Source of the DNA: Chloroflexota bacterium
Lineage (GTDB): Bacteria; Chloroflexota; Anaerolineae; Anaerolineales; JBFLVL01
Assembly (NCBI GenBank): GCA_040758495.1
Contig: JBFLVL010000006.1
Location: 73,498-137,497, forward strand
Direction: 5' to 3'
DNA length: 64,000 bases
Below the pieces are notes generated by a model. The model ran no database searches, was not told the DNA's origin, and saw only the letters and a list, made by a program, of their open reading frames with translations. A program made the translations under genes and the position numbers. Shown one piece after another: positions 19,397 to 28,957 of this stretch. How positions within the stretch are numbered: the stretch's first letter is position 1; each line of letters opens with the position of its first letter.

Positions 19397-20541
19397 GCTC
19401 TCCCCTCAGAGTGGCGATGATCATCCAAGGGTATCATCCCTGTGTAGGAGGGGCAGAACGACAACTGGCTTCCATTATCCCCTTGCTCCAGGAAAGAGGG
19501 GTTGTTGTACAGGTCTACACCCGAAGGTATGCTGGGCTCAAAGCCTACGAAGAGGTGAGTGGTGTTCCGGTTTATCGGTTACCAGTACCCGGTCCAAAAG
19601 CGATGGCAGCCCTCAGTTTTGTGTTGGCTGTACAACCCATGCTCCAGAAATTTCGCCCTCAGATTGTCCATGCCCATGAGCTGCTTTCTCCTACAACCGC
19701 AGCCATTACGGCGAAGCGCTTGATGGGTGTTCCGGTGGTAGTCAAGGTCCTGCGGGGAGGTCTGTTGGGTGACCTTGCCAAGCTCCGTAAAAAGCTGTTG
19801 GGTGGCAGACGAATCTCCTGGATCAAACGGCATGTTGATCGGTTTATTGCCGTCAGCCGGGAGATTGAGGCAGAACTCAGGGAAATATCTGTGCGAGAGG
19901 ATCGCCTGGCTTTTATTCCTAGCGGTGTGGATACGGTTCGATTTTATCCCCTAAACCGAGAGGAGAAAGACAAGTTGCGGTCCACCCTGGGATTACCGCA
20001 CGTTCCCATCGTTATTTTTACAGGACGGATGGAGGTTGAAAAACGGGTTGATAGGTTAATGCGTATCTGGCCAAAGGTGCTCGCTGTTCATCCGCAGGCG
20101 TTGTTGGTCTTATTGGGCAGTGGTGGGCAACTTGAAACCTGGAAGCGAATGGCAGGTGAGCGGGTGGTTTTTATGGGGCAAGTGGAGGAGGTGACCCCTT
20201 TCTTACAGGCATCAGACGTTTTTGTTTTGCCCTCCTCTACAGAGGGATTGTCAAACGCGTTGTTAGAGGCCATGTCGAGTGGTCTGGCATCCGTTGTGAC
20301 GGATGTTGGAGGAGGGCGTGATGCGGTTGTGCATGGGGAAAGCGGTTGGCTGGTCCCACCAGATGACATGGATACCTTTCAAGAGGCTCTCATAAAATTG
20401 TTGGCTGATCCATCCCTTCGCTCCAAAATTGGCAGGTCGGGTAGAGAGAGGGTGGTCCGTTCCTTTTCATTATCGTATATGGTGGACAAACTCTGCGCGC
20501 TGTATGATGAACTGATGCAAGAACAAGGACACAGAGTGTGA
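19393..20541 (+). CDS. GT4-family glycosyltransferase
   Basis: GGAERQL... and EGLSNALLEAMSSGLASVVTDVGG. 4-nt overlaps on both sides. Confidence 0.9.
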   Translation: MSSPLRVAMIIQGYHPCVGGAERQLASIIPLLQERGVVVQVYTRRYAGLKAYEEVSGVPVYRLPVPGPKAMAALSFVLAVQPMLQKFRPQIVHAHELLSPTTAAITAKRLMGVPVVVKVLRGGLLGDLAKLRKKLLGGRRISWIKRHVDRFIAVSREIEAELREISVREDRLAFIPSGVDTVRFYPLNREEKDKLRSTLGLPHVPIVIFTGRMEVEKRVDRLMRIWPKVLAVHPQALLVLLGSGGQLETWKRMAGERVVFMGQVEEVTPFLQASDVFVLPSSTEGLSNALLEAMSSGLASVVTDVGGGRDAVVHGESGWLVPPDDMDTFQEALIKLLADPSLRSKIGRSGRERVVRSFSLSYMVDKLCALYDELMQEQGHRV

Positions 20542-21782
20542 TATCTGTTTTATTTTGGTTGTGTGTAGCTTTTATCCTCTATACCTACTTTGGTTACCCG
20601 CTTTTTTTAGCTTTCTTAACCCGTTTTATGCCCGCGAAAGTGGAATATCCTGCTTATTTACCATCGGTGACGTTGCTCGTCGCTGCCTGCAATGAAGAAG
20701 TAGTGATTGCAAAGAAACTGGAGAATTGCTTGAAGCTCGATTATCCTGGCGACCAGTTACAGATCCTTGTCGCTGCGGATGGGTCGGATGATCGTACCCC
20801 TGAAATCGTGCGCAGGTTTGCGCGGCAGGGTGTAGAACTAAGCTATTCACCTGAACGTCGTGGCAAGATGGCGGCTATAAATAGAGCCATGCCCATGGCA
20901 CGTGGGGAAGTAGTAGTTTTCTCGGATGCCAATAACATGTACGCAACCGACGCGCTCAAGAAGTTGGTGCAACCTTTTGGGGATTCGCAGGTAGGAGCGG
21001 TGAGTGGAGCCAAAGTTGTCCTCAGTAGGGAGGGTGGGCTGGATGCTTCGGAAGGGCTGTACTGGCGTTACGAGTCGTTTATCAAAAAGCAGGAGACCCG
21101 ATTGGGAAGCTGCACAGGTGTCTCTGGGGAGATATTCGCTGTACGGCGCGACCTCTTCGAGCCTCCACCGGAGGAAATCATCAATGATGATTTTTACATC
21201 GCTTTGCGTATCATCCGAAGAGGTTACCGCATTGCTTATGTTCCTGATGCCAGGTCAATGGAATGGATTTCACCGACTTCGAAGGACGAAGTCATCCGAC
21301 GGAGCCGGATTGTAGCAGGCCGTTTTCAAGCCATGGTACGTGCCCGTGAACTGCTCGATCTGCGGAATGGTTTAGTGGTCTGGCAGGTGGTGTCTCACAA
21401 ATTTTTCAGACCGCTGGTCCCCTGGGCAATGTTAGGCGCATTGCTCGCAAACCTATTAGCAGTCATGCTCCCCCCCCAACCGGGCTGGCATCCCCTGTTG
21501 TCCCTGGCTTATCCGATTAACTGGATATTCCTGGCATTTCAATTATTATTCTATGGTTTAGCGTTATTGGGCAGTGCCGTGCAATTTGAAGGAAGTGTGG
21601 GTAAGCTGTTATGCTTACCTGCGTTCATGGTCAACAGCCAGTTGGCTGCGGTGTTTGGGTTGTTTGGCTACATCTCCGGGCGGCAGACAGCGCTTTGGGA
21701 GCGGGTGCCAAGGGACGCTTCTACGTCTGGTTTACCTCACCCGGTTGATTCTCCGGCAACCAAACCTAAAACCGGTAAGTAA
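20538..21782 (+). CDS. Membrane-embedded GT2 glycosyltransferase (processive cellulose/PNAG-synthase-like), no PilZ domain
   Basis: N-terminal TM, then VTLLVAACNEE, AADGSDDRT, VFSDANN, and C-terminal TM helices. The position of the QxxRW motif reads RRSRI. Confidence 0.8.
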   Translation: MISVLFWLCVAFILYTYFGYPLFLAFLTRFMPAKVEYPAYLPSVTLLVAACNEEVVIAKKLENCLKLDYPGDQLQILVAADGSDDRTPEIVRRFARQGVELSYSPERRGKMAAINRAMPMARGEVVVFSDANNMYATDALKKLVQPFGDSQVGAVSGAKVVLSREGGLDASEGLYWRYESFIKKQETRLGSCTGVSGEIFAVRRDLFEPPPEEIINDDFYIALRIIRRGYRIAYVPDARSMEWISPTSKDEVIRRSRIVAGRFQAMVRARELLDLRNGLVVWQVVSHKFFRPLVPWAMLGALLANLLAVMLPPQPGWHPLLSLAYPINWIFLAFQLLFYGLALLGSAVQFEGSVGKLLCLPAFMVNSQLAAVFGLFGYISGRQTALWERVPRDASTSGLPHPVDSPATKPKTGK

Positions 21783-21791
21783 AAACCAACC

Positions 21792-22880
21792 ATGTCGGAT
21801 CCTAACCAGAAAATCATCGCGGAAATAACTGAAGAGATCCAAGCCCGAATTCCTGATTGGTACGGGAAAGGGGTTTTGGTATCTTCACGGTCACCCGTAT
21901 TAAGGACATCCAAAAAATCGTATTTCCTGGATTATCATCTTCGACCTCAGGCTGGGAAGCCGGTTAAGTTGATGGTTAAGATCCCCAGGCAAAGAAACAT
22001 CGAGATGACCTTGCCACAGACTATTTCGGCAGAGGACCTCATCCAGAAAGCTAAACTAGAATACGAAATGCTGCAGTCCGTTTTCGAAAAAGTGGCGATC
22101 ATTGAAGATCCGCATTTGCGCGCCATACGCGTGTGGGGTTATCTGCCCCGCTGGAACGCAATTGTCATGGAGGAATTGCAGACCAAAACGATGCTGGAAA
22201 TCCTGGCTGGAATCCGGATGCGATTAGGTGTATCAACAGCCTGGAGGAGTTTTGAGGAAACCATGATGCGGGCGGGTAAGTGGCTTCGCCACCTGCACGG
22301 CCCCCCAGATGAATTGGCCTTTAAACCTTTCGATTACGACGAGATGTGTTCCTATGTGGAAATGAAAATGGGCCAATGGAAAGAGGTCCCTCGGTTGAAA
22401 GTCAAGGTACCAGCAATCCAGGAAGCCTTCGCCAATGTTCTGCTGGATGTGAAAAATGAACGCGTACCGGTGGCAACCCTGCATGGTGATTTTACCTTGA
22501 CCAACCTGATCGTATCCTCAGATGGAAGCATCTCAGGTATTGACTTGGATAAAATGTCAGTCGGACCTGTCTATCTGGACCTGGTACGCCTGATTGCCGA
22601 TTTTTCATTGCGCGAAGCTGTCAGGCTGGGATATTTTTTTCATCACGAACACCTTTGTGCTAGCACATCCGCATTTTTACGAGGGTATTTTGAAACCCAC
22701 TCCCCGAATTGGCGGCTTTTGAATGTTTACTGTGCGAAAGAGGCGATCAACATCATCAGTTGGTTCGAAAAAAGGATAAATGGTACTACAGTGATATTTC
22801 GAATTGGAGGTGGTATTTATTTCTGGTGGATGCGCCGGTATGTCCATAAGATGTTGAATCAATACCTTACTCCGGTTTGA
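21792..22880 (+). CDS. APH/choline-kinase-like phosphotransferase
   Basis: Catalytic loop LHGDFTLTNLIV and metal-binding IDLD. Confidence 0.65.
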   Translation: MSDPNQKIIAEITEEIQARIPDWYGKGVLVSSRSPVLRTSKKSYFLDYHLRPQAGKPVKLMVKIPRQRNIEMTLPQTISAEDLIQKAKLEYEMLQSVFEKVAIIEDPHLRAIRVWGYLPRWNAIVMEELQTKTMLEILAGIRMRLGVSTAWRSFEETMMRAGKWLRHLHGPPDELAFKPFDYDEMCSYVEMKMGQWKEVPRLKVKVPAIQEAFANVLLDVKNERVPVATLHGDFTLTNLIVSSDGSISGIDLDKMSVGPVYLDLVRLIADFSLREAVRLGYFFHHEHLCASTSAFLRGYFETHSPNWRLLNVYCAKEAINIISWFEKRINGTTVIFRIGGGIYFWWMRRYVHKMLNQYLTPV

Positions 22881-23006
22881 ACTGCCAGAAAAATAAGAAC
22901 ACTGGCCATGCGTTACCAGGTAGAATATAAATATGGTAAAGTTAAGTAACGTTTACTGTGGGTACATCTAAAGATAAGCCGTTCTTAAACCGTTTGGAGG
23001 AGTACC

Positions 23007-25283
23007 ATGATCATCACAGAAGAAATCAAAAGAATTGTACAGGTTGGTTTGAGTGTCTGTATAGCGCTGACGCTGGTGATGGGGCTGTTTTTCCTGCCTT
23101 CATTTTCCGTCTTTGCTCAAGAGCCTGAACCGGTAGCGACCGAGGCTGTACCTATCGCCGCGGAGGAAGAGGAAAATGAATATCGCTTCAGCGTTTTGGG
23201 ATATGAAGAGCAAACCTTGCATGGCCCGTATGATTCCATCAGCATCGTGTTTGGAATACCCGGGGATTGGGAGTTGATCGAAGGCACGGAAGTGCGGCTT
23301 GACCTTTCCGTGTTCTTCACAGCAGCGGATGGGACCACCGGACCCGCAAATGAGGTTACAGCTTTTGGGGGTATGTTGGATGTTGTCTTCAACGATATTA
23401 CGCTGACAACTGTTTTACTTAATCAGTCTGGCGAGATCGCTGTTAATGTCCCTGTACCTGCCGATGCTTTTATCCCAGCCTATAGTCAGGGACGTCACGA
23501 GTTGCGGTTGGTGTTGAATGCCGAGGAGGACTGTTTGTACGATTGGTGGACGACTGTGGTTGTACGCTCGACCTCACGTTTCATCCTGCCTCACCGTTTT
23601 CTCGTGCCGACCACAGACCTGACACAGCTTCCGAAACCGATCCACCAGGAAGACTCCGTAGCCCCCGATCTGGTCACTATTGTCATCCCTGACGAGCCAA
23701 ACGGTGTTGACCTTCAGGCAGTACTGGCTGTGGCTGCTGGTTTTGGTCGCATGACAGCCGGTGGGATGGTGTACACCTTTGTCCCTGCCAGTCAATTGAC
23801 CGAAGAGCTGCGCGCGAATTCCCACTTGATCTTTGTCGGTAAACCGGTTGCCTTCTCAATCCTGGTCGGTGTAGGCTTCCCTGTTCCTATTGTTGGAAAC
23901 CAATTTGACGTGTCGGCTGCCCAACCCGATGATGGCATTGTTCAGATGGCTCATTCGCCGTGGAACCAGTCCAAAGTCATCCTCCTGGTCAGCGGGACAT
24001 CGGATGTGGGGATCACCAAAGCAGGGCAGGCGATAAGTTCAGGCTTGATCTTGAGTGGTGAGCCTTCCGATTTGGCTTTGGTTGCCGAGGTTCGCCCCGG
24101 TGAGCTGGCAACTTACGTCCCCACTGATCGGACTTTTGCTGATCTCGGTTATGCGTCTGAACAAATCAATCGTGTTGGAATTGTAAACCGGGATTACATC
24201 TTCTATGTGCCCCCTGGACAGGTAGCGGAAGAGGGAGCCTACCTGGAGTTGAGGTATACCCACTCCACCTTATTGGATTACAACCGCTCAGGACTGGTAA
24301 TCAGTTTGAACGATGAACTTATCGGCAGCGAGCGCTTTAGCGATGCAACCTCGCAGCAGGCAGTCTTGCGGGTGACAATACCACCCCGTTTATTGCGTGT
24401 GGGAAATAACCGTATCTCCATTCGGGCTGACCTGTTTCCATTGGATACCTGCTCAAGCTTGTTGTTATACAACAAGTGGTTGTCCCTTTCATCGGATTCC
24501 TTGCTGCATATATCGTTTTTGCCGGTGCTAGCAGACACGACCACGCGGGTTTTGGATTTAGCATATTATCCCGATCTGTTTGCTCTCAGTCCTGGTGAGG
24601 GAGGGGTGGTATTTATCTTGCCCTTGGACGATGTCAATGCCTGGAAAGTGGCTGCACAAATTGCCTTTGACCTGGGCGCCTATACAGAATGGACCTTGGC
24701 CGAACATCTTGTTTACCTGGGAAGTGAAGCCCCTGAGAGCGTGCTACAAACCCGCGATCTAGTGGTTGTGGGTAGAGCGAGCACTTTGCCAATCATCGCT
24801 ACGTTGGGCGATGCTCTACCTGCACCATTTGAAGCAGGGAGTGATGTGGTTACCAGCACCCACTTGCAGATAGAGTACCGTTTGCCAACTGGGGCCAGTA
24901 TCGGTTACCTGGAGTTGCTCACTTCTCCTTGGAACACAGACGGAGCCATTCTGGCGGTGTTGGGCAACAGCGATCTGGGTATCCAATGGGCTGGGAATGC
25001 CTTGACTGTTCCAGAGCTTCAGGGAAAGCTGGCGGGGAACTTTGCTCTGGTTAATGATGACCAGATAGCCACCACGGATACGCGGATAAAGACAGGGGTG
25101 GCTGCGGTGGTAGCGACACCTGCGCCTGGTGGCGTGACCCGGCCGACAACGGCTGGGGAAGTTACGGTGAGTGGTAAACCAAACTGGGTGATCCCTGTTT
25201 TGGGTGGTGTACTGGTGCTCATCGTCCTGGTGATATTGATCGCCATTTCATCCTCGATAAGGCGGTTGGGGCGGCAATCATAA
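23007..25283 (+). CDS. BcsB-like (cellulose synthase regulatory subunit-like) protein with signal anchor and C-terminal TM
   Basis: There are two modules of the BcsB pattern (..VRLDLSVFF..MLDVVFNDITL.. and ..YLELRYTHSTLLDYNRSGLVISLNDELIGS..), plus a C-terminal TM and basic tail. It sits two genes downstream of the GT2 synthase. Confidence 0.6.
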   Translation: MIITEEIKRIVQVGLSVCIALTLVMGLFFLPSFSVFAQEPEPVATEAVPIAAEEEENEYRFSVLGYEEQTLHGPYDSISIVFGIPGDWELIEGTEVRLDLSVFFTAADGTTGPANEVTAFGGMLDVVFNDITLTTVLLNQSGEIAVNVPVPADAFIPAYSQGRHELRLVLNAEEDCLYDWWTTVVVRSTSRFILPHRFLVPTTDLTQLPKPIHQEDSVAPDLVTIVIPDEPNGVDLQAVLAVAAGFGRMTAGGMVYTFVPASQLTEELRANSHLIFVGKPVAFSILVGVGFPVPIVGNQFDVSAAQPDDGIVQMAHSPWNQSKVILLVSGTSDVGITKAGQAISSGLILSGEPSDLALVAEVRPGELATYVPTDRTFADLGYASEQINRVGIVNRDYIFYVPPGQVAEEGAYLELRYTHSTLLDYNRSGLVISLNDELIGSERFSDATSQQAVLRVTIPPRLLRVGNNRISIRADLFPLDTCSSLLLYNKWLSLSSDSLLHISFLPVLADTTTRVLDLAYYPDLFALSPGEGGVVFILPLDDVNAWKVAAQIAFDLGAYTEWTLAEHLVYLGSEAPESVLQTRDLVVVGRASTLPIIATLGDALPAPFEAGSDVVTSTHLQIEYRLPTGASIGYLELLTSPWNTDGAILAVLGNSDLGIQWAGNALTVPELQGKLAGNFALVNDDQIATTDTRIKTGVAAVVATPAPGGVTRPTTAGEVTVSGKPNWVIPVLGGVLVLIVLVILIAISSSIRRLGRQS

Positions 25284-25299
25284 GGTAGTTGTGTTTTCT

Positions 25300-25343
25300 G
25301 GGGAGACCTGACCTGTACCTCCAGGTCGGTCTCCCCTTTTTTT
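25300..25343 (+). terminator. Rho-independent terminator
   Basis: ggggagacctgacctg-tacct-ccaggtcggtctcccc followed by T7, 17 nt after the BcsB-like stop. Confidence 0.85.
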
Positions 25344-25351
25344 ATCCTCAG

Positions 25352-25855
25352 CGAGTGTTTCGATATGCCCTTCGACGGATAACTCCGCGGGTCGAGTGTC
25401 TCCTCTTACTCGCGGGTCGAGTGTCCCCTGCCCCCCGTATGGGGGGGCGTAGCGAGGATCGTATCGAGACCCGATTGTGATCTCGATACGCGCCCTTCGT
25501 ACCCCTACGGGGTACTTCGGGCGCTACTCGATCAGCCGAATTTCGCGGGTCGAGTGCCCCCTGCCCCCCGAACGGTGGGGGGGAACGTAGGTGAGGGTGT
25601 ATCGCCTGCCCTTGCGGTTTGGCCTGTCCCCGTAAGGGGGCAAGGGAGACCCCCCGGTGTTGATCTCGATACGCTTCGCTACTCGACTCAAGGGTCTCGA
25701 TACGGTGCCTTCGGCACCTACTCGACCAACAGAACATCGCGGGTCGAGTAGGGCGAAACGAAGTGCAGCCCATATCGAGACCCCTCGGCGTTGATCTCGA
25801 TACGCTTCGCTACTCGACCCAAGGGGCACACTCGACCAACTGTTGTGTACCTCCT
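25352..25855. repeat. Mosaic hairpin-module repeat cluster B (inverse orientation)
   Basis: Repeated gcgggtcgagtg, tatcgagac and tactcgac linkers join the hairpins ccccccgtatggggggg, gcgcccttcgtacccctacggggtacttcgggcgc and ggtgccttcggcacc. The cluster ends with tgtgtacctcct, similar to the terminal module of clusters G and I. Confidence 0.85.
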
Positions 25856-25915
25856 GATATATAATTTCTACATCTAAAACTTATGCTAATCATCAGACAT
25901 TGAAAGGTAATCAGG

Positions 25916-27040
25916 GTGAACGTACTCCAGGTTCGTCCACGGTTGAGCATCGGTGGGGCAACGGCTTACCTCCTCCTTCTGGTGGAGGGGTTTGCACAAC
26001 GCGGGCATAAGGTCGTGGTCGCCTCCGGAGGAGGTGTGTGGGAAGAAAGGTTACATCCGTCAGCGATTTACTACCCCCAGGTTGGTTTGCTGCCGCGCAT
26101 CAACCTGGGCAGGGTGTTCACTCTACCGAATGTGATGGATTTGTTCCTCTCGTTGTCTAAACTTATTCGGATTATACAAAGCGAAGAAATTGAGGTGATC
26201 AACACCCATCATCGCTTCGCCTCCCTGGTGTGCAGGTTGGCATCCAGAGAGACTGGCGTGCCTCTGGTTTCGACCATGCACGAGTTCCTGGGAGACCATA
26301 AGCTTCTGACGCGGGCAGGAATGGGGGATAAGGTGGTGGTATTAAGCTCGATGGTCAAACGGGCGGTGGTTGAAACCTACAAGCTGAAACCGGATCGGGT
26401 AGAGGTCATCCCTGTGGGGATACCCGTACCGCCTCCCTTGAAAGAGGCTCAAAAAGCCTCCTTGACCAAGGACCTGGGTTTGGAAGCCCAAGCCCCTATC
26501 ATCGTATGCATTGGAAGGCTGATAGCCAGGAAGGGGCAGAAGTATCTACTTCAGGCTATCCCTGGGGTTTTAAAATCCCACCCGCAGGCCCAATTTCTGT
26601 TCGTCGGCGTGGGAGATGACCAACCCGCGCTGGAAGCTCTGGCACGGGAATTGGGGATCACAGAGCAGGTCCGCTTCCTGGGTACCAGGGATGATGTCCC
26701 CAACCTGATCGGGCTGTGCGATTTTACCGTGCTGCCTTCCCTTCAGGAGGAGTTTGGCATTGTGCTGCTCGAATCGTTTGCCCAGAAAAAACCGGTAGTG
26801 GCTACCACGGTTGGGGGCATACCTGAGATTGTCCAAGAAGAGGAAAACGGGTTACTGGTGCCTCCACGGGATAGTCGGGCTTTGAGCGAGGCAATCAACG
26901 GTTTATTGGGCGACCGGAAACGGTTGAAGCGGCTGGGGGAAAATGGCTATCGGCTGGTGCTTGAGCAATACTCTGTCGAGGCTTTCCTGGACAAAACCGA
27001 GGACCTCTACAAAAGTCTCTCAGGACGGCGACAATGTTGA
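25916..27040 (+). CDS. GT4-family glycosyltransferase
   Basis: GGATAYLLLL... and EEFGIVLLESFAQKKPVVATTVGGIPE. Confidence 0.9.
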   Translation: MNVLQVRPRLSIGGATAYLLLLVEGFAQRGHKVVVASGGGVWEERLHPSAIYYPQVGLLPRINLGRVFTLPNVMDLFLSLSKLIRIIQSEEIEVINTHHRFASLVCRLASRETGVPLVSTMHEFLGDHKLLTRAGMGDKVVVLSSMVKRAVVETYKLKPDRVEVIPVGIPVPPPLKEAQKASLTKDLGLEAQAPIIVCIGRLIARKGQKYLLQAIPGVLKSHPQAQFLFVGVGDDQPALEALARELGITEQVRFLGTRDDVPNLIGLCDFTVLPSLQEEFGIVLLESFAQKKPVVATTVGGIPEIVQEEENGLLVPPRDSRALSEAINGLLGDRKRLKRLGENGYRLVLEQYSVEAFLDKTEDLYKSLSGRRQC

Positions 27041-27083
27041 GGCGGGCAAGCAGCCTGAAATCCCCTCTGCAGCTCGGTTAGGG

Positions 27084-28289
27084 TTAGGGGAAATCAAATG
27101 AGACCAGGTGAGAAACCGGGTCCACGGTAACAGACCCATTGGTGAAGTCCCTTTTCCAGACATCCCCCGAAGGGTAACGCCAGCCCAGGGGTTCCCCAAA
27201 GTCAATATCATAGACCGGGTAAAGCCAGATCTCCCGGTGGTGGTCGGCAAGGCTGTAGCGGAACGAAGCCCTGCCAGCGGTGACGAGCAGGTAACAGGCG
27301 AAGGCGAACTGCTGACGCTGGATGTCGTTGGGGTCGCCCTGCGAGACCAGGACGATCTCTTTACCCAACGCTTGGGTTTCTTCGGCAAGACGCAGTTGTT
27401 CTTCCCACTCCTCTGGTGTGAGGTATCCATCCGACCAGTCCACTGCCCAGGCCTCGACCATGGCGCCGTCCAGGTATTGAAGGTAGCGGAACCACACTGA
27501 CGGTTCTCTCAGAGAGATGATGTTAGCGAGCAAGGGGCGTCCGCGAGGTCGGAAGTAACTGGTATAGATGTAGCTCAGGAAGCCTTCGACCGCGGCCTGG
27601 AAACTGGCGTCGTCTGGGTAGTTGGCTAATGTGACCTCGCGCCTGGAATGCTTGGACATGGAGGCTTCCACGTTGTCCAGAAAGACGCCATCCCAGCCGA
27701 GGGTTTCCTGGCTCTGTTGGGCTCTCCCCAGCCAGAAAGCTCGCCATTCGGGGTTGCCTGGGTCCATGAGGACGAATCCCCCACTGCTCATGATGCGGTT
27801 TCCATTAACATCCAGGAGGAACCAGTCGGGGTGTTGCTGACTGATTGCGCAGAAGTCACCCGGGTTGTCGGCTACCTGGTTGCGCCAGGGTTGTTCCTGG
27901 CATGACCCGGGGTCTTGGATGGCATCGAAACGCAGGTACTGGAGAAAAGGGGCCTGAACCCCCATGGCGCGCAGATCATCGCGCCAGCCTTCATCGGCTT
28001 TGGTTAAAATGAAAGTGTCGAAGTGAGTCACCAGTGTGTTCAAATCGCCGTTTTCGGGTGGCTTGTAAAACCAGGCCATCCTTACCGGTTCACCCGCCAG
28101 TGAGAAGGGGGGCAGGCTGACCGGGGAAGCCTGTTCCCCTTTGGAGGTAATTGCGCTGTACAAGGTATACAGAGCGAAGATGATAGCAGCCGTGGGGATG
28201 GCTGCGACGATAATCCATAATAAAGTTTTAATGATTTTGCGGTTGTCCACGGGTAAGCGGCTCCAACGTGTGTTCTTCTGGCTGTACAA
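27084..28289 (-). CDS. Membrane-anchored putative glycoside-hydrolase-like protein (GH114/GHL-type TIM barrel)
   Basis: N-terminal TM. The pattern FDTFIL...WFLLDVNGN...VLMDPGNPEW...WDGVFLDNVE resembles GHL/GH114-type hydrolases. This is family recall only. Confidence 0.4.
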   Translation of the reverse strand: MYSQKNTRWSRLPVDNRKIIKTLLWIIVAAIPTAAIIFALYTLYSAITSKGEQASPVSLPPFSLAGEPVRMAWFYKPPENGDLNTLVTHFDTFILTKADEGWRDDLRAMGVQAPFLQYLRFDAIQDPGSCQEQPWRNQVADNPGDFCAISQQHPDWFLLDVNGNRIMSSGGFVLMDPGNPEWRAFWLGRAQQSQETLGWDGVFLDNVEASMSKHSRREVTLANYPDDASFQAAVEGFLSYIYTSYFRPRGRPLLANIISLREPSVWFRYLQYLDGAMVEAWAVDWSDGYLTPEEWEEQLRLAEETQALGKEIVLVSQGDPNDIQRQQFAFACYLLVTAGRASFRYSLADHHREIWLYPVYDIDFGEPLGWRYPSGDVWKRDFTNGSVTVDPVSHLVSFDFP

Positions 28290-28418
28290 AATCAGGGAGA
28301 TATTTTACTCCATGAATGAGGCAATCAACCGTTTGAAAACCGCCTTTTAGCCCCCATGAGGCGTTTACCATTGCCTCCTGAAAACATCCCTGGCGAAGAA
28401 CCCTATTGTCTGTCCTGG

Positions 28419-28447
28419 TTGACAGCCGGTCACGCCCCCACTACAAT
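28419..28447 (+). promoter_or_regulatory. Near-consensus sigma-70 promoter
   Basis: TTGACA (28419-28424), 17-nt spacer, TACAAT (28442-28447). It lies 31 nt upstream of a GAGGTG Shine-Dalgarno and ATG 28478. Confidence 0.55.
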
Positions 28448-28477
28448 TGCCCAAATCCTTCCCACATCGAGGTGAAC

Positions 28478-28957
28478 ATGCTCAAACATCGAAATTGGTG
28501 GTTGGTGGCGTTGCTTCTGGCAGCCGGGGGACTGTTGGTCTGGTTCCTGGATTTGTATTTCACCCAACCCCGCGTAGTCGTCACCTGGGAGACGGCCAGT
28601 GAACTTGAGACTGCCGGGTTCAACTTATACCGCAGCACAAGTCCCGAGGGGCCATTCACCCAGATCAACGAAAACCTCCTCTCCGCCCAGGGAGACCCGG
28701 TCATCGGTTCCCGCTACGTGTTTACCGATACGCAGGTGGTGGCTGGGGAGTGGTACTATTACGAATTGCAGGAAGTGGAATTGGACGGCAAGGCCTTCAG
28801 CCAGGGGATGGTCAGTGTGCGAGCCACCTCAGGGAGCATGATTACAACGGTTGTGTCCCTTTTACTTTTCATCGGATCGGTGCTGTGGTTGGTAGCTGGG
28901 TTGGTGGTACGACGTAAAGCAGGACGATCGGTTAAGGGGGAGCGTGAAAAAGCCTGA
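28478..28957 (+). CDS. Bitopic membrane protein with beta-sandwich-like 'WETASE..GFNLYR' domain (paralog 1)
   Basis: N-terminal TM, VVTWETASELETAGFNLYRS...GSRYVFTD...WYYYELQEV, then a C-terminal TM plus RRKAGR. ATG 28478 is preceded by GAGGTG. Confidence 0.7.
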   Translation: MLKHRNWWLVALLLAAGGLLVWFLDLYFTQPRVVVTWETASELETAGFNLYRSTSPEGPFTQINENLLSAQGDPVIGSRYVFTDTQVVAGEWYYYELQEVELDGKAFSQGMVSVRATSGSMITTVVSLLLFIGSVLWLVAGLVVRRKAGRSVKGEREKA

